Assembly (NCBI RefSeq): GCF_009914755.1 | Contig: NC_060925.1 | DNA length: 64,000 nt | Source: the human T2T-CHM13v2.0 reference genome, Homo sapiens | Direction: 5' to 3' (one strand) | Part shown: positions 13,251 to 30,300 of the stretch, in pieces | Numbering within the stretch: the stretch's first letter is position 1 | Layout of the letters: the number at the start of each line of letters is the position of its first letter | Translations under genes and position numbers: made by a program | Notes under the pieces: model-generated | The model's input: only the letters and a program-made list of their open reading frames with translations | Databases searched by the model: none | What the model was told of the DNA's origin: nothing

Positions 13251-16200
13251 GAATGGAATCATCGCATAGAATCGAATGGAATTATCATCGAATGGAATCG
13301 AATGGAATCAACATCAAACGGAAAAAAACGGAATTATCGAATGGAATCGAAGAGAATCATCGAATGGACCCGAATGGAATCATCTAATGGAATGGAATGG
13401 AATAATCCATGGACTCGAATGCAATCATCATCGAATGGAATCGAATGGAATCATCGAATGGACTCGAATGGAATAATCATTGAACGGAATCGAATGGAAT
13501 CATCATCGGATGGAAATGAATGGAATCATCATCGAATGGAATCGAATAGAATTATGGAATGAAATCCAGTGTGATCATCATCGAATGAACCCGAATGGAA
13601 TCATCATCCAACGGAAGCTAATGGAATCAACATCGAATGAATCAAATGGAAACACCATCGAATTGAAACGAATGGAATTATCATGAAATTGAAATGGATG
13701 GACTCATCATCGAATGGATTCGAATGGAATCATCGAATAAAATTGATTGAAATCATCATCGAATGGAATCGAATGGTATCATTGAATGGAATCGAATGGA
13801 ATCATCATCAGATGGAAATGAATGGAATCGTCATAGAATGGAATCGAATGGATTCATTGAATGGAATCAGATGGAATCATCGAATGGACTGGAATGGAAT
13901 CATTGAATGGACTCGAAAGGGATCATTATTGAATGGAATTGAATGGAATCATCGAATGGTCTCGATTGGAATCATTATCAAATGGAATCGAATGGAATCA
14001 CCGAATAGAATCGAATGGAACAATCATCGAATGGACTCAAATGGAATTATCCTCCAATGGAATGGAATGGAATTATCGAATGCAATCGAATGGAATTATC
14101 GAATGCAATCGAATAGAATCATCGAATGGACTCGAATGGAATCACCGAATGGAATGGAATGGAACAGTCAATGAACTCGAATGGAATCATCATTGAATGG
14201 AATCGAATGGAATCATCGAGTGGAATCGAATGGAATTATGATCAAATGGAATCGAATGTAATCATCATCAAATGGAATCAAAAATAACCATCATCAATTG
14301 GTATTGAATGGAATTGTCATCAAATGGAATTCAAAGGAATCATCATCAAATGGAACCGAATGGAATCCTCATTGAATGGAAATGAAAGGGGTCATCATCT
14401 AATGGAATCGCATGGAATCATCATAAAATGGAATCGAATGAAATCAACATCAAATGGAATCAAATGGAATCATTGAACGGAATTGAATGGAATCGTCATC
14501 GAATGAATTGGATGCAATCATCGAATGGTCTCGAATGGAATCTTCTTCAAATGGAATGGAATGGAATCATCGCATAGAATCGAATGGAATTATCATCGAA
14601 TGGAATCGAATGGAATCAACATCAAACGGAAAAAAACGGAATTATCGAATGGAATCGAAGAGAATCATCGAATGGACCCGAATGGAATCATCTAATGGAA
14701 TGGAATGGAATAATCCATGGACTCGAATGCAATCATCATCGAATGGAATCGAATGGAATCATCGAATGGACTCGAATGGAATAATCATTGAACGGAATCG
14801 ATTGGAATCATCATCGGATGGAAACGAATGGAATCATCATCGAATGGAAATGAAAGGAGTCATCATCTAATGGAATTGCATGGAATCATCATAAAATGGA
14901 ATCGAATGGAATCAACATCAAATGGAATCAAATGGAATCATTGAACAGAATTGAATGGAATCGTCATCGAATGAATTGACTGCAATCATCCAATGGTCTC
15001 GAATGGAATCATCTTCAAATGGAATGGAATGGAATCATCGCATAGAATCGAATGGAATTATCATCGAATGGAATCGAATGGAATCAACATCAAACGGAAA
15101 AAAACGGAATTATCGAATGGAATCGAAGAGAATCATCGAATGGACCCGAATGGAATCATCTAATGGAATGGAATGGAATAATCCATGGACTCGAATGCAA
15201 TCATCATCGAATGGAATCGAATGGAATCATCGAATGGACTCGAATGGAATAATCATTGAACGGAATCGAATGGAATCATCATCGGATGGAAATGAATGGA
15301 ATCATCATCGAATGGAATCGAATAGAATTATGGAATGAAATCCAGTGTGATCATCATCGAATGAACCCGAATGGAATCATCATCCAACGGAAGCTAATGG
15401 AATCAACATCGAATGAATCAAATGGAAACACCATCGAATTGAAACGAATGGAATTATCATGAAATTGAAATGGATGGACTCATCATCGAATGGATTAATG
15501 GAATCATCGAATAAAATTGATTGAAATCATCATCGAATGGAATCGAATGGTATCATTGAATGGAATCGAATGGAATCATCATCAGATGGAAATGAATGGA
15601 ATCGTCATAGAATGGAATCGAATGGATTCATTGAATGGAATCAGATGGAATCATCGAATGGACTGGAATGGAATCATTGAATGGACTCGAAAGGGATCAT
15701 GATTGAATGGAATTGAATGGAATCATCGAATGGTCTCGATTGGAATCATTATCAAATGGAATCGAATGGAATCACCGAATAGAATCGAATGGAACAATCA
15801 TCGAATGGACTCAAATGGAATTATCCTCAAATGGAATCGAATGGAATTATCGAATGCAATCGAATGGAATTATCGAATGCAATCGAATAGAATCATCGAA
15901 TGGACTCGAATGGAATCATCGAATGGAATGGAATGGAACAGTCAATGAACTCGAATGGAATCATCATTGAATGGAATCGAATGGAATCATCGAGTGGAAT
16001 CGAATGGAATTATGATCAAATGGAATCGAATGTAATCATCATCAAATGGAATCAAAAATAACCATCATCAATTGGTATTGAATGGAATTGTCATCAAATG
16101 GAATTCAAAGGAATCATCATCAAATGGAACCGAATGGAATCCTCATTGAATGGAAATGAAAGGGGTCATCATCTAATGGAATCGCATGGAATCATCATCA

Positions 16201-19200
16201 AATGGAATCGAATGGAATCATCATCAAATGGAATCTAATGGAATCATTGAACAGAATTGAATGGAATCGTCATCGAATGAATTGAATGCAATCATCGAAT
16301 GGTCTCGAATGGAATCATCTTCTAATGGAAAGGAATGGAATCATCGCATAGAATCGAATGGAATTATCATCGAATGGAATCGAATGGTATCAACACCAAA
16401 CGGAAAAAAACGGAATTATCAAATGGAATCGAAGAGAATCTTCGAACGGACCCGAATGGAATCATCTAATGGAATGGAATGGAATAATCCATGGACTCGA
16501 ATGCAATCATCATCGAATGGAATCGAATGGAATCATCGAATGGACTCGAATGGAATAATCATTGAACGGAATCGAATGGAATCATCATCGGATGGAAACG
16601 AATGGAATCATCATCGAATGGAAATGAAAGGAGTCATCATCTAATGGAATTGCATGGAATCATCATAAAATGGAATCGAATGGAATCAACATCAAATGGA
16701 ATCAAATGGAATCATTGAACGGAATTGAATGGAATCGTCATCGAATGAATTGACTGCAATCATCCAATGGTCTCGAATGTAATCATCTTCAAATGGAATG
16801 GAATGGAATCATCGCATAGAATCGAATGGAATTATCATCGAATGGAATCGAATGGAATCAACATCAAACGGAAAAAAACGGAATTATCGAATGGAATCGA
16901 AGAGAATCATCGAATGGACCCGAATGGAATCATCTAATGGAATGGAATGGAATAATCCATGGACTCGAATGCAATCATCATCGAATGGAATCGAATGGAA
17001 TCATCGAATGGACTCGAATGGAATAATCATTGAACGGAATCGAATGGAATCATCATCGGATGGAAATGAATGGAATCATCATCGAATGGAATCGAATAGA
17101 ATTATGGAATGAAATCCAGTGTGATCATCATCGAATGGACCCGAATGGAATCATCATCCAACGGAAGCTAATGGAATCAACATCGAATGAATCAAATGGA
17201 AACACCATCGAGTTGAAACGAATGGAATTATCATGAAATTGAAATGGATGGACTCATCATCGAATGGATTCGAATGGAATCATCGAATAAAATTGATTGA
17301 AATCATCATCCAATGGAATCGAATGGTATCATTGAATGGAATCGAATGGAATCATCATCAGATGGAAATGAATGGAATCGTCATAGAATGGAATCGAATG
17401 GATTCATTGAATGGAATCAGATGGAATCATCGAATGGACTGGAATGGAATCATTGAATGGACTCGAAAGGGATCATTATTGAATGGAATTGAATGGAATC
17501 ATCGAATGGTCTCGATTGGAATCATTATCAAATGGAATCGAATGGAATCACCGAATAGAATCGAATGGAACAATCATCGAATGGACTCAAATGGAATTAT
17601 CCTCCAATGGAATGGAATGGAATTATCGAATGCAATCGAATGGAATTATCGAATGCAATCGAATAGAATCATCGAATGGACTCGAATGGAATCATCGAAT
17701 GGAATGGAATGGAACAGTCAATGAACTCGAATGGAATCATCATTGAATGGAATCGAATGGAATCATCGAGTGGAATCGAATGGAATTATGATCAAATGGA
17801 ATCGAATGTAATCATCATCAAATGGAATCAAAAATAACCATCATCAATTGGTATTGAATGGAATTGTCATCAAATGGAATTCAAAGGAATCATCATCAAA
17901 TGGAACCGAATGGAATCCTCATTGAATGGAAATGAAAGGGGTCATCATCTAATGGAATCGCATGGAATCATCATCAAATGGAATCGAATGGAATCACCAT
18001 CAAATGGAATCTAATGGAATCATTGAACAGAATTGAATGGAATCGTCATCGAATGAATTGAATGCAATCATCGAATGGTCTCGAATGGATTCATCTTCTA
18101 ATGGAAAGGAATGGAATCATCGCATAGAATCGAATGGAATTATCATCGAATGGAATCGAATGGTATCAACACCAAACGGAAAAAAACGGAATTATCGAAT
18201 GGAATCGAAGAGAATCTTCGAACGGACCCGAATGGAATCATCTAATGGAATGGAATGGAATAATCCATGGACTCGAATGCAATCATCATCGAATGGAATC
18301 GAATGGAATCATCGAATGGACTCGAATGGAATAATCATTGAACGGAATCGATTGGAATCATCATCGGATGGAAACGAATGGAATCATCATCGAATGGAAA
18401 TGAAAGGAGTCATCATCTAATGGAATTGCATGGAATCATCATAAAATGGAATCGAATGGAATCAACATCAAATGGAATCAAATGGAATCATTGAACGGAA
18501 TTGAATGGAATCGTCATCGAATGAATTGACTGCAATCATCCAATGGTCTCGAATGGAATCATCTTCAAATGGAATGGAATGGAATCATCGCATAGAATCG
18601 AATGGAATTATCATCGAATGGAATCGAAGGGAATCAACATCCAACGGAAAAAAACGGAATTATCGAATGGAATCGAAGAGAATCATCGAATGGACCCGAA
18701 TGGAATCATGTAATGGAATGGAATGGAATAATCCATGGACTCGAATGCAATCATCATCGAATGGAATCGAATGGAATCATCGAATGGACTCGAATGGAAT
18801 AATCATTGAACGGAATCGAATGGAATCATCATCGGATGGAAATGAATGGAATCATCATCGAATGGAATCGAATAGAATTATGGAATGAAATCCAGTGTGA
18901 TCATCATCGAATGGACCCGAATGGAATCATCATCCAACGGAAGCTAATGGAATCAACATCGAATGAATCAAATGGAAACACCATCGAATTGAAACGAATG
19001 AAATTATCATGAAATTGAAATGGATGGACTCATCATCGAATGGATTCGAATGGAATCATGGAATAAAATTGATGGAAATCATCATCCAATGGAATCGAAT
19101 GGTATCATTGAATGGAATCGAATGGAATCATCATCAGATGGAAATGAATGGAATCGTCATAGAATGGAATCGAATGGATTCATTGAATGGAATCAGATGG

Positions 19201-22200
19201 AATCATCGAATGGACTGGAATGGAATCATTGAATGGACTCGAAAGGGATCATGATTGAATGGAATTGAATGGAATCATCGAATGGTCTCGATTGGAATCA
19301 TTATCAAATGGAATCGAATGGAATCACCGAATAGAATCGAATGGAACAATCATCGAATGGACTCAAATGGAATTATCCTCCAATGGAATGGAATGGAATT
19401 ATCGAATGCAATCGAATAGAATCATCGAATGGACTCGAATGGAATCATCGAATGGAATGGAATGGAACAGTCAATGAACTCGAATGGAATCATCATTGAA
19501 TGGAATCGAATGGAATCATCGAATGGAATCGAATGGAATTATGATCAAATGGAATCGAATGTAATCATCATCAAATGGAATCAAAAATAACCATCATCAA
19601 TTGGTATTGAATGGAATTGTCATCAAATGGAATTCAAAGGAATCATCATCAAATGGAACCGAATGGAATCCTCATTGAATGGAAATGAAAGGGGTCATCA
19701 TCTAATGGAATCGCATGGAATCATCATCAAATGGAATCGAATGGAATCATCATCAAATGGAATCTAATGGAATCATTGAACAGAATTGAATGGAATCGTC
19801 ATCGAATGAATTGAATGCAATCATCGAATGGTCTCGAATGGAATCATCTTCTAATGGAAAGGAATGGAATCATCGCATAGAATCGAATGGAATTATCATC
19901 GAATGGAATCGAATGGTATCAACACCAAACGGAAAAAAACGGAATTATCGAATGGAATCGAAGAGAATCTTCGAACGGACCCGAATGGAATCATCTAATG
20001 GAATGGAATGGAATAATCCATGGACTCGAATGCAATCATCATCGAATGGAATCGAATGGAATCATCGAATGGACTCGAATGGAATAATCATTGAACGGAA
20101 TCGATTGGAATCATCATCGGATGGAAACGAATGGAATCATCATCGAATGGAAATGAAAGGAGTCATCATCTAATGGAATTGCATGGAATCATCATAAAAT
20201 GGAATCGAATGGAATCAACATCAAATGGAATCAAATGGAATCATTGAACGGAATTGAATGGAATCGTCATCGAATGAATTGACTGCAATCATCCAATGGT
20301 CTCGAATGGAATCATCTTCAAATGGAATGGAATGGAATCATCGCATAGAATCGAATGGAATTATCATCGAACGGAATCGAATGGAATCAACATCCAACGG
20401 AAAAAAACGGAATTATCGAATGGAATCGAAGAGAATCATCGAATGGACCCGAATGGAATCATGTAATGGAATGGAATGGAATAATCCATGGACTCGAATG
20501 CAATCATCATCGAATGGAATCGAATGGAATCATCGAATGGACTCGTATGGAATAATCATTGAACGGAATCGAATGGAATCATCATCGGATGGAAATGAAT
20601 GGAATCATCATCGAATGGAATCGAATAGAATTATGGAATGAAATCCAGTGTGATCATCATCGAATGGACCCGAATGGAATCATCATCCAACGGAAGCTAA
20701 TGGAATCAACATCGAATGAATCAAATGGAAACACCATCGAATTGAAACGAATGGAATTATCATGAAATTGAAATGGATGGACTCATCATCGAATGGATTA
20801 ATGGAATCATCGAATAAAATTGATTGAAATCATCATCGAATGGAATCGAATGGTATCATTGAATGGAATCGAATGGAATCATCATCAGATGGAAATGAAT
20901 GGAATCTTCATAGAATGGAATCGAATGGATTCATTGAATGGAATCAGATGGAATCATCGAATGGACTGGAATGGAATCATTGAATGGACTCGAAAGGGAT
21001 CATGATTGAATGGAATTGAATGGAATCATCGAATGGTCTCGATTGGAATCATTATCAAATGGAATCGAATGGAATCACCGAATAGAATCGAATGGAACAA
21101 TCATCGAATGGACTCAAATGGAATTATCCTCAAATGGAATCGAATGGAATTATCGAATGCAATCGAATGGAATTATCGAATGCAATCGAATAGAATCATC
21201 GAATGGACTCGAATGGAATCATCGAATGGAATGGAATGGAACAGTCAATGAACTCGAATGGAATCATCATTGAATGGAATCGAATGGAATCATCGAGTGG
21301 AATCGAATGGAATTATGATCAAATGGAATCGAATGTAATCATCATCAAATGGAATCAAAAATAACCATCATCAATTGGTATTGAATGGAATTGTCATCAA
21401 ATGGAATTCAAAGGAATCATCATCAAATGGAACCGAATGGAATCCTCATTGAATGGAAATGAAAGGGGTCATCATCTAATGGAATCGCATGGAATCATCA
21501 TCAAATGGAATCGAATGGAATCATCATCAAATGGAATCTAATGGAATCATTGAACAGAATTGAATGGAATCGTCATCAAATGATTTGAATGCAATCATCG
21601 AATGGTCTCGAATGGAATCATCTTCTAATGGAAAGGAATGGAATCATCGCATAGAATCGAATGGAATTATCATCGAATGGAATCGAATGGTATCAACACC
21701 AAACGGAAAAAAACGGAATTATCGAATGGAATCGAAGAGAATCTTCGAACGGACCCGAATGGAATCATCTAATGGAATGGAATGGAATAATCCATGGACT
21801 CGAATGCAATCATCATCGAATGGAATCGAATGGAATCATCGAATGGACTCGAATGGAATAATCATTGAACGGAATCGAATGGAATCATCATCGGATGGAA
21901 ACGAATGGAATCATCATCGAATGGAAATGAAAGGAGTCATCATCTAATGCAATTGCATGGAATCATCATCAAATGGAATCGAATGGAATCAACATCAAAT
22001 GGAATCAAATGGAATCATTGAACGGAATTGAATGGAATCGTCATCGAATGAATTGACTGCAATCATCCAATGGTCTCGAATGGAATCATCTTCAAATGGA
22101 ATGGAATGGAATCATCGCATAGAATCGAATGGAATTATCATCGAATGGAATCGAATGGAATCAACATCAAACGGAAAAAAACGGAATTATCGAATGGAAT

Positions 22201-24319
22201 CGAAGAGAATCATCGAATGGACCCGAATGGAATCATCTAATGGAATGGAATGGAATAATCCATGGACTCGAATGCAATCATCATCGAATGGAATCGAATG
22301 GAATCATCGAATGGACTCGAATGGAATAATCATTGAACGGAATCGAATGGAATCATCATCGGATGGAAATGAATGGAATCATCATCGAATGGAATCGAAT
22401 AGAATTATGGAATGAAATCCAGTGTGATCATCATCGAATGGACCCGAATGGAATCATCATCCAACGGAAGCTAATGGAATCAACATCGAATGAATCGAAT
22501 GGAAACACCATCGAATTGAAACGAATGGAATTATCATGAAATTGAAATGGATGGACTCATCATCGAATGGATTCGAATGGAATCATGGAATAAAATTGAT
22601 GGAAATCATCATCCAATGGAATCGAATGGTATCATTGAATGGAATCGAATGGAATCATCATCAGATGGAAATGAATGGAATCGTCATAGAATGGAATCGA
22701 ATGGATTCATTGAATGGAATCAGATGGAATCATCGAATGGACTGGAATGGAATCATTGAATGGACTCGAAAGGGATCATGATTGAATGGAATTGAATGGA
22801 ATCATCGAATGGTCTCGATTGGAATCATTATCAAATGGAATCGAATGGAATCACCGAATAGAATCGAATGGAACAATCATCGAATGGACTCAAATGGAAT
22901 TATCCTCCAATGGAATGGAATGGAATTATCGAATGCAATCGAATAGAATCATCGAATGGACTCGAATGGAATCATCGAATGGAATGGAATGGAACAGTCA
23001 ATGAACTCGAATGGAATCATCATTGAATGGAATCGAATGGAATCATCGAGTGGAATCGAATGGAATTATGATCAAATGGAATCGAATGTAATCATCATCA
23101 AATGGAATCAAAAATAACCATCATCAATTGGTATTGAATGGAATTGTCATCAAATGGAATTCAAAGGAATCATCATCAAATGGAACCGAATGGAATCCTC
23201 ATTGAATGGAAATGAAAGGGGTCATCATCTAATGGAATCGCATGGAATCATCATCAAATGGAATCGAATGGAATCATCATCAAATGGAATCTAATGGAAT
23301 CATTGAACAGAATTGAATGGAATCGTCATCGAATGAATTGAATGCAATCATCGAATGGTCTCGAATGGAATCATCTTCTAATGGAAAGGAATGGAATCAT
23401 CGCATAGAATCGAATGGAATTATCATCGAATGGAATCGAATGGTATCAACACCAAACGGAAAAAAACGGAATTATCGAATGGAATCGAAGAGAATCTTCG
23501 AACGGACCCGAATGGAATCATCTAATGGAATGGAATGGAATAATCCATGGACTCGAATGCAATCATCATCGAATGGAATCGAATGGAATCATCGAATGGA
23601 CTCGAATGGAATAATCATTGAACGGAATCGATTGGAATCATCATCGGATGGAAACGAATGGAATCATCATCGAATGGAAATGAAAGGAGTCATCATCTAA
23701 TGGAATTGCATGGAATCATCATAAAATGGAATCGAATGGAATCAACATCAAATGGAATCAAATGGAATCATTGAACGGAATTGAATGGAATCGTCATCGA
23801 ATGAATTGACTGCAATCATCCAATGGTCTCGAATGGAATCATCTTCAAATGGAATGGAATGGAATCATCGCATAGAATCGAATGGAATTATCATCGAATG
23901 GAATCGAATGGAATCAACATCCAACGGAAAAAAACGGAATTATCGAATGGAATCGAAGAGAATCATCGAATGGACCCGAATGGAATCATGTAATGGAATG
24001 GAATGGAATAATCCATGGACTCGAATGCAATCATCATCGAATGGAATCGAATGGAATCATCGAATGGACTCGTATGGAATAATCATTGAACGGAATCGAA
24101 TGGAATCATCATCGGATGGAAATGAATGGAATCATCATCGAATGGAATCGAATAGAATTATGGAATGAAATCCAGTGTGATCATCATCGAATGGACCCGA
24201 ATGGAATCATCATCCAACGGAAGCTAATGGAATCAACATCGAATGAATCAAATGGAAACACCATCGAATTGAAACGAATGGAATTATCATGAAATTGAAA
24301 TGGATGGACTCATCATCGA

Positions 24320-27300
24320 ATGGATTAATGGAATCATCGAATAAAATTGATTGAAATCATCATCGAATGGAATCGAATGGTATCATTGAATGGAATCGAA
24401 TGGAATCATCATCAGATGGAAATGAATGGAATCGTCATAGAATGGAATCGAATGGATTCATTGAATGGAATCAGATGGAATCATCGAATGGACTGGAATG
24501 GAATCATTGAATGGACTCGAAAGGGATCATGATTGAATGGAATTGAATGGAATCATCGAATGGTCTCGATTGGAATCATTATCAAATGGAATCGAATGGA
24601 ATCACCGAATAGAATCGAATGGAACAATCATCGAATGGACTCAAATGGAATTATCCTCAAATGGAATCGAATGGAATTATCGAATGCAATCGAATGGAAT
24701 TATCGAATGCAATCGAATAGAATCATCGAATGAACTCGAATGGAATCATCGAATGGAATGGAATGGAACAGTCAATGAACTCGAATGGAATCATCATTGA
24801 ATGGAATCGAATGGAATCATCGAGTGGAATCGAATGGAATTATGATCAAATGGAATCGAATATAATCATCATCAAATGGAATCAAAAATAACCATCATCA
24901 ATTGGTATTGAATGGAATTGTCATCAAATGGAATTCAAAGGAATCATCATCAAATGGAACCGAATGGAATCCTCATTGAATGGAAATGAAAGGGGTCATC
25001 ATCTAATGGAATCGCATGGAATCATCATCAAATGGAATCGAATGGAATCATCATCAAATGGAATCTAATGGAATCATTGAACAGAATTGAATGGAATCGT
25101 CATCGAATGAATTGAATGCAATCATCGAATGGTCTCGAATGGAATCATCTTCTAATGGAAAGGAATGGAATCATCGCATAGAATCGAATGGAATTATCAT
25201 CGAATGGAATCGAATGGTATCAACACCAAACGGAAAAAAACGGAATTATCAAATGGAATCGAAGAGAATCTTCGAACGGACCCGAATGGAATCATCTAAT
25301 GGAATGGAATGGAATAATCCATGGACTCGAATGCAATCATCATCGAATGGAATCGAATGGAATCATCGAATGGACTCGAATGGAATAATCATTGAACGGA
25401 ATCGAATGGAATCATCATCGGATGGAAACGAATGGAATCATCATCGAATGGAAATGAAAGGAGTCATCATCTAATGGAATTGCATGGAATCATCATAAAA
25501 TGGAATCGAATGGAATCAACATCAAATGGAATCAAATAGAATCATTGAACGGAATTGAATAGAATCGTCATCGAATGAATTGACTGCAATCATCCAATGG
25601 TCTCGAATGTAATCAACTTCAAATGGAATGGAATGGAATCATCGCATAGAATCGAATGGAATTATCATCGAATGGAATCGAATGGAATCAACATCAAACG
25701 GATAAAAACGGAATTATCGAATGGAATCGAAGAGAATCATCGAATGGACCCGAATGGAATCATCTAATGGAATGGAATGGAATAATCCATGGACTCGAAT
25801 GCAATCATCATCGAATGGAATCGAATGGAATCATCGAATGGACTCGAATGGAATAATCATTGAACGGAATCGAATGGAATCATCATCGGATGGAAATGAA
25901 TGGAATCATCATCGAATGGAATCGAATAGAATTATGGAATGAAATCCAGTGTGATCATCATCGAATGGACCCGAATGGAATCATCATCCAACGGAAGCTA
26001 ATGGAATCAACATCGAATGAATCAAATGGAAACACCATCGAGTTGAAACGAATGGAATTATCATGAAATTGAAATGGATGGACTCATCATCGAATGGATT
26101 CGAATGGAATCATCGAATAAAATTGATTGAAATCATCATCCAATGGAATCGAATGGTATCATTGAATGGAATCGAATGGAATCATCATCAGATGGAAATG
26201 AATGGAATCGTCATAGAATGGAATCGAATGGATTCATTGAATGGAATCAGATGGAATCATCGAATGGACTGGAATGGAATCATTGAATGGACTCGAAAGG
26301 GATCATTATTGAATGGAATTGAATGGAATCATCGAATGGTCTCGATTGGAATCATTATCAAATGGAATCGAATGGAATCACCGAATAGAATCGAATGGAA
26401 CAATCATCGAATGGACTCAAATGGAATTATCCTCCAATGGAATGGAATGGAATTATCGAATGCAATCGAATGGAATTATCGAATGCAATCGAATAGAATC
26501 ATCGAATGGACTCGAATGGAATCATCGAATGGAATGGAATGGAACAGTCAATGAACTCGAATGGAATCATCATTGAATGGAATCGAATGGAATCATCGAG
26601 TGGAATCGAATGGAATTATGATCAAATGGAATCGAATGTAATCATCATCAAATGGAATCAAAAATAACCATCATCAATTGGTATTGAATGGAATTGTCAT
26701 CAAATGGAATTCAAAGGAATCATCATCAAATGGAACCGAATGGAATCCTCATTGAATGGAAATGAAAGGGGTCATCATCTAATGGAATCGCATGGAATCA
26801 TCATCAAATGGAATCGAATGGAATCACCATCAAATGGAATCTAATGGAATCATTGAACAGAATTGAATGGAATCGTCATCGAATGAATTGAATGCAATCA
26901 TCGAATGGTCTCGAATGGATTCATCTTCTAATGGAAAGGAATGGAATCATCGCATAGAATCGAATGGAATTATCATCGAATGGAATCGAATGGTATCAAC
27001 ACCAAACGGAAAAAAACGGAATTATCGAATGGAATCGAAGAGAATCTTCGAACGGACCCGAATGGAATCATCTAATGGAATGGAATGGAATAATCCATGG
27101 ACTCGAATGCAATCATCATCGAATGGAATCGAATGGAATCATCGAATGGACTCGAATGGAATAATCATTGAACGGAATCGATTGGAATCATCATCGGATG
27201 GAAACGAATGGAATCATCATCGAATGGAAATGAAAGGAGTCATCATCTAATGGAATTGCATGGAATCATCATAAAATGGAATCGAATGGAATCAACATCA

Positions 27301-30300
27301 AATGGAATCAAATGGAATCATTGAACGGAATTGAATGGAATCGTCATCGAATGAATTGACTGCAATCATCCAATGGTCTCGAATGGAATCATCTTCAAAT
27401 GGAATGGAATGGAATCATCGCATAGAATCGAATGGAATTATCATCGAATGGAATCGAAGGGAATCAACATCCAACGGAAAAAAACGGAATTATCGAATGG
27501 AATCGAAGAGAATCATCGAATGGACCCGAATGGAATCATGTAATGGAATGGAATGGAATAATCCATGGACTCGAATGCAATCATCATCGAATGGAATCGA
27601 ATGGAATCATCGAATGGACTCGAATGGAATAATCATTGAACGGAATCGAATGGAATCATCATCGGATGGAAATGAATGGAATCATCATCGAATGGAATCG
27701 AATAGAATTATGGAATGAAATCCAGTGTGATCATCATCGAATGGACCCGAATGGAATCATCATCCAACGGAAGCTAATGGAATCAACATCGAATGAATCA
27801 AATGGAAACACCATCGAATTGAAACGAATGGAATTATCATGAAATTGAAATGGATGGACTCATCATCGAATGGATTCGAATGGAATCATCGAATAAAATT
27901 GATTGAAATCATCATCGAATGGAATCGAATGGTATCATTGAATGGAATCGAATGGAATCATCATCAGATGGAAATGAATGGAATCGTCATAGAATGGAAT
28001 CGAATGGATTCATTGAATGGAATCAGATGGAATCATCGAATGGACTGGAATGGAATCATTGAATGGACTCGATAGGGATCATTATTGAATGGAATTGAAT
28101 GGAATCATCGAATGGTCTCGATTGGAATCATTATCAAATGGAATCGAATGGAATCACCGAATAGAATCGAATGGAACAATCATCGAATGGACTCAAATGG
28201 AATTATCCTCAAATGGAATCGAATGGAATTATCGAATGCAATCGAATGGAATTATCGAATGCAATCGAATAGAATCATCGAATGGACTCGAATGGAATCA
28301 TCGAATGGAATGGAATGGAACAGTCAATGAACTCGAATGGAATCATCATTGAATGGAATCGAATGGAATCATCGAGTGGAATCGAATGGAATTATGATCA
28401 AATGGAATCGAATGTAATCATCATCAAATGGAATCAAAAATAACCATCATCAATTGGTATTGAATGGAATTGTCATCAAATGGAATTCAAAGGAATCATC
28501 ATCAAATGGAACCGAAAGGAATCCTCATTGAATGGAAATGAAAGGGGTCATCATCTAATGGAATCGCATGGAATCATCATAAAATGGAATCGAATGGAAT
28601 CAACATCAAATGGAATCAAATGGAATCATTGAACGGAATTGAATGGAATCGTCATCGAATGAATTGGATGCAATCATCGAATGGTCTCGAATGGAATCTT
28701 CTTCAAATGGAATGGAATGGAATCATCGCATAGAATCGAATGGAATTATCATCGAATGGAATCGAATGGAATCAACATCAAACGGAAAAAAACGGAATTA
28801 TCGAATGGAATCGAAGAGAATCATCGAATGGACCCGAATGGAATCATCTAATGGAATGGAATGGAATAATCCATGGACTCGAATGCAATCATCATCGAAT
28901 GGAATCGAATGGAATCATCGAATGGACTCGAATGGAATAATCATTGAACGGAATCGATTGGAATCATCATCGGATGGAAACGAATGGAATCATCATCGAA
29001 TGGAAATGAAAGGAGTCATCATCTAATGGAATTGCATGGAATCATCATAAAATGGAATCGAATGGAATCAACATCAAATGGAATCAAATGGAATCATTGA
29101 ACAGAATTGAATGGAATCGTCATCGAATGAATTGACTGCAATCATCCAATGGTCTCGAATGGAATCATCTTCAAATGGAATGGAATGGAATCATCGCATA
29201 GAATCGAATGGAATTATCATCGAATGGAATCGAATGGAATCAACATCAAACGGAAAAAAACGGAATTATCGAATGGAATCGAAGAGAATCATCGAATGGA
29301 CCCGAATGGAATCATCTAATGGAATGGAATGGAATAATCCATGGACTCGAATGCAATCATCATCGAATGGAATCGAATGGAATCATCGAATGGACTCGAA
29401 TGGAATAATCATTGAACGGAATCGAATGGAATCATCATCGGATGGAAATGAATGGAATCATCATCGAATGGAATCGAATAGAATTATGGAATGAAATCCA
29501 GTGTGATCATCATCGAATGAACCCGAATGGAATCATCATCCAACGGAAGCTAATGGAATCAACATCGAATGAATCAAATGGAAACACCATCGAATTGAAA
29601 CGAATGGAATTATCATGAAATTGAAATGGATGGACTCATCATCGAATGGATTAATGGAATCATCGAATAAAATTGATTGAAATCATCATCGAATGGAATC
29701 GAATGGTATCATTGAATGGAATCGAATGGAATCATCATCAGATGGAAATGAATGGAATCGTCATAGAATGGAATCGAATGGATTCATTGAATGGAATCAG
29801 ATGGAATCATCGAATGGACTGGAATGGAATCATTGAATGGACTCGAAAGGGATCATGATTGAATGGAATTGAATGGAATCATCGAATGGTCTCGATTGGA
29901 ATCATTATCAAATGGAATCGAATGGAATCACCGAATAGAATCGAATGGAACAATCATCGAATGGACTCAAATGGAATTATCCTCAAATGGAATCGAATGG
30001 AATTATCGAATGCAATCGAATGGAATTATCGAATGCAATCGAATAGAATCATCGAATGGACTCGAATGGAATCATCAAATGGAATGGAATGGAACAGTCA
30101 ATGAACTCGAATGGAATCATCATTGAATGGAATCGAATGGAATCATCGAGTGGAATCGAATGGAATTATGATCAAATGGAATCGAATGTAATCATCATCA
30201 AATGGAATCAAAAATAACCATCATCAATTGGTATTGAATGGAATTGTCATCAAATGGAATTCAAAGGAATCATCATCAAATGGAACCGAATGGAATCCTC

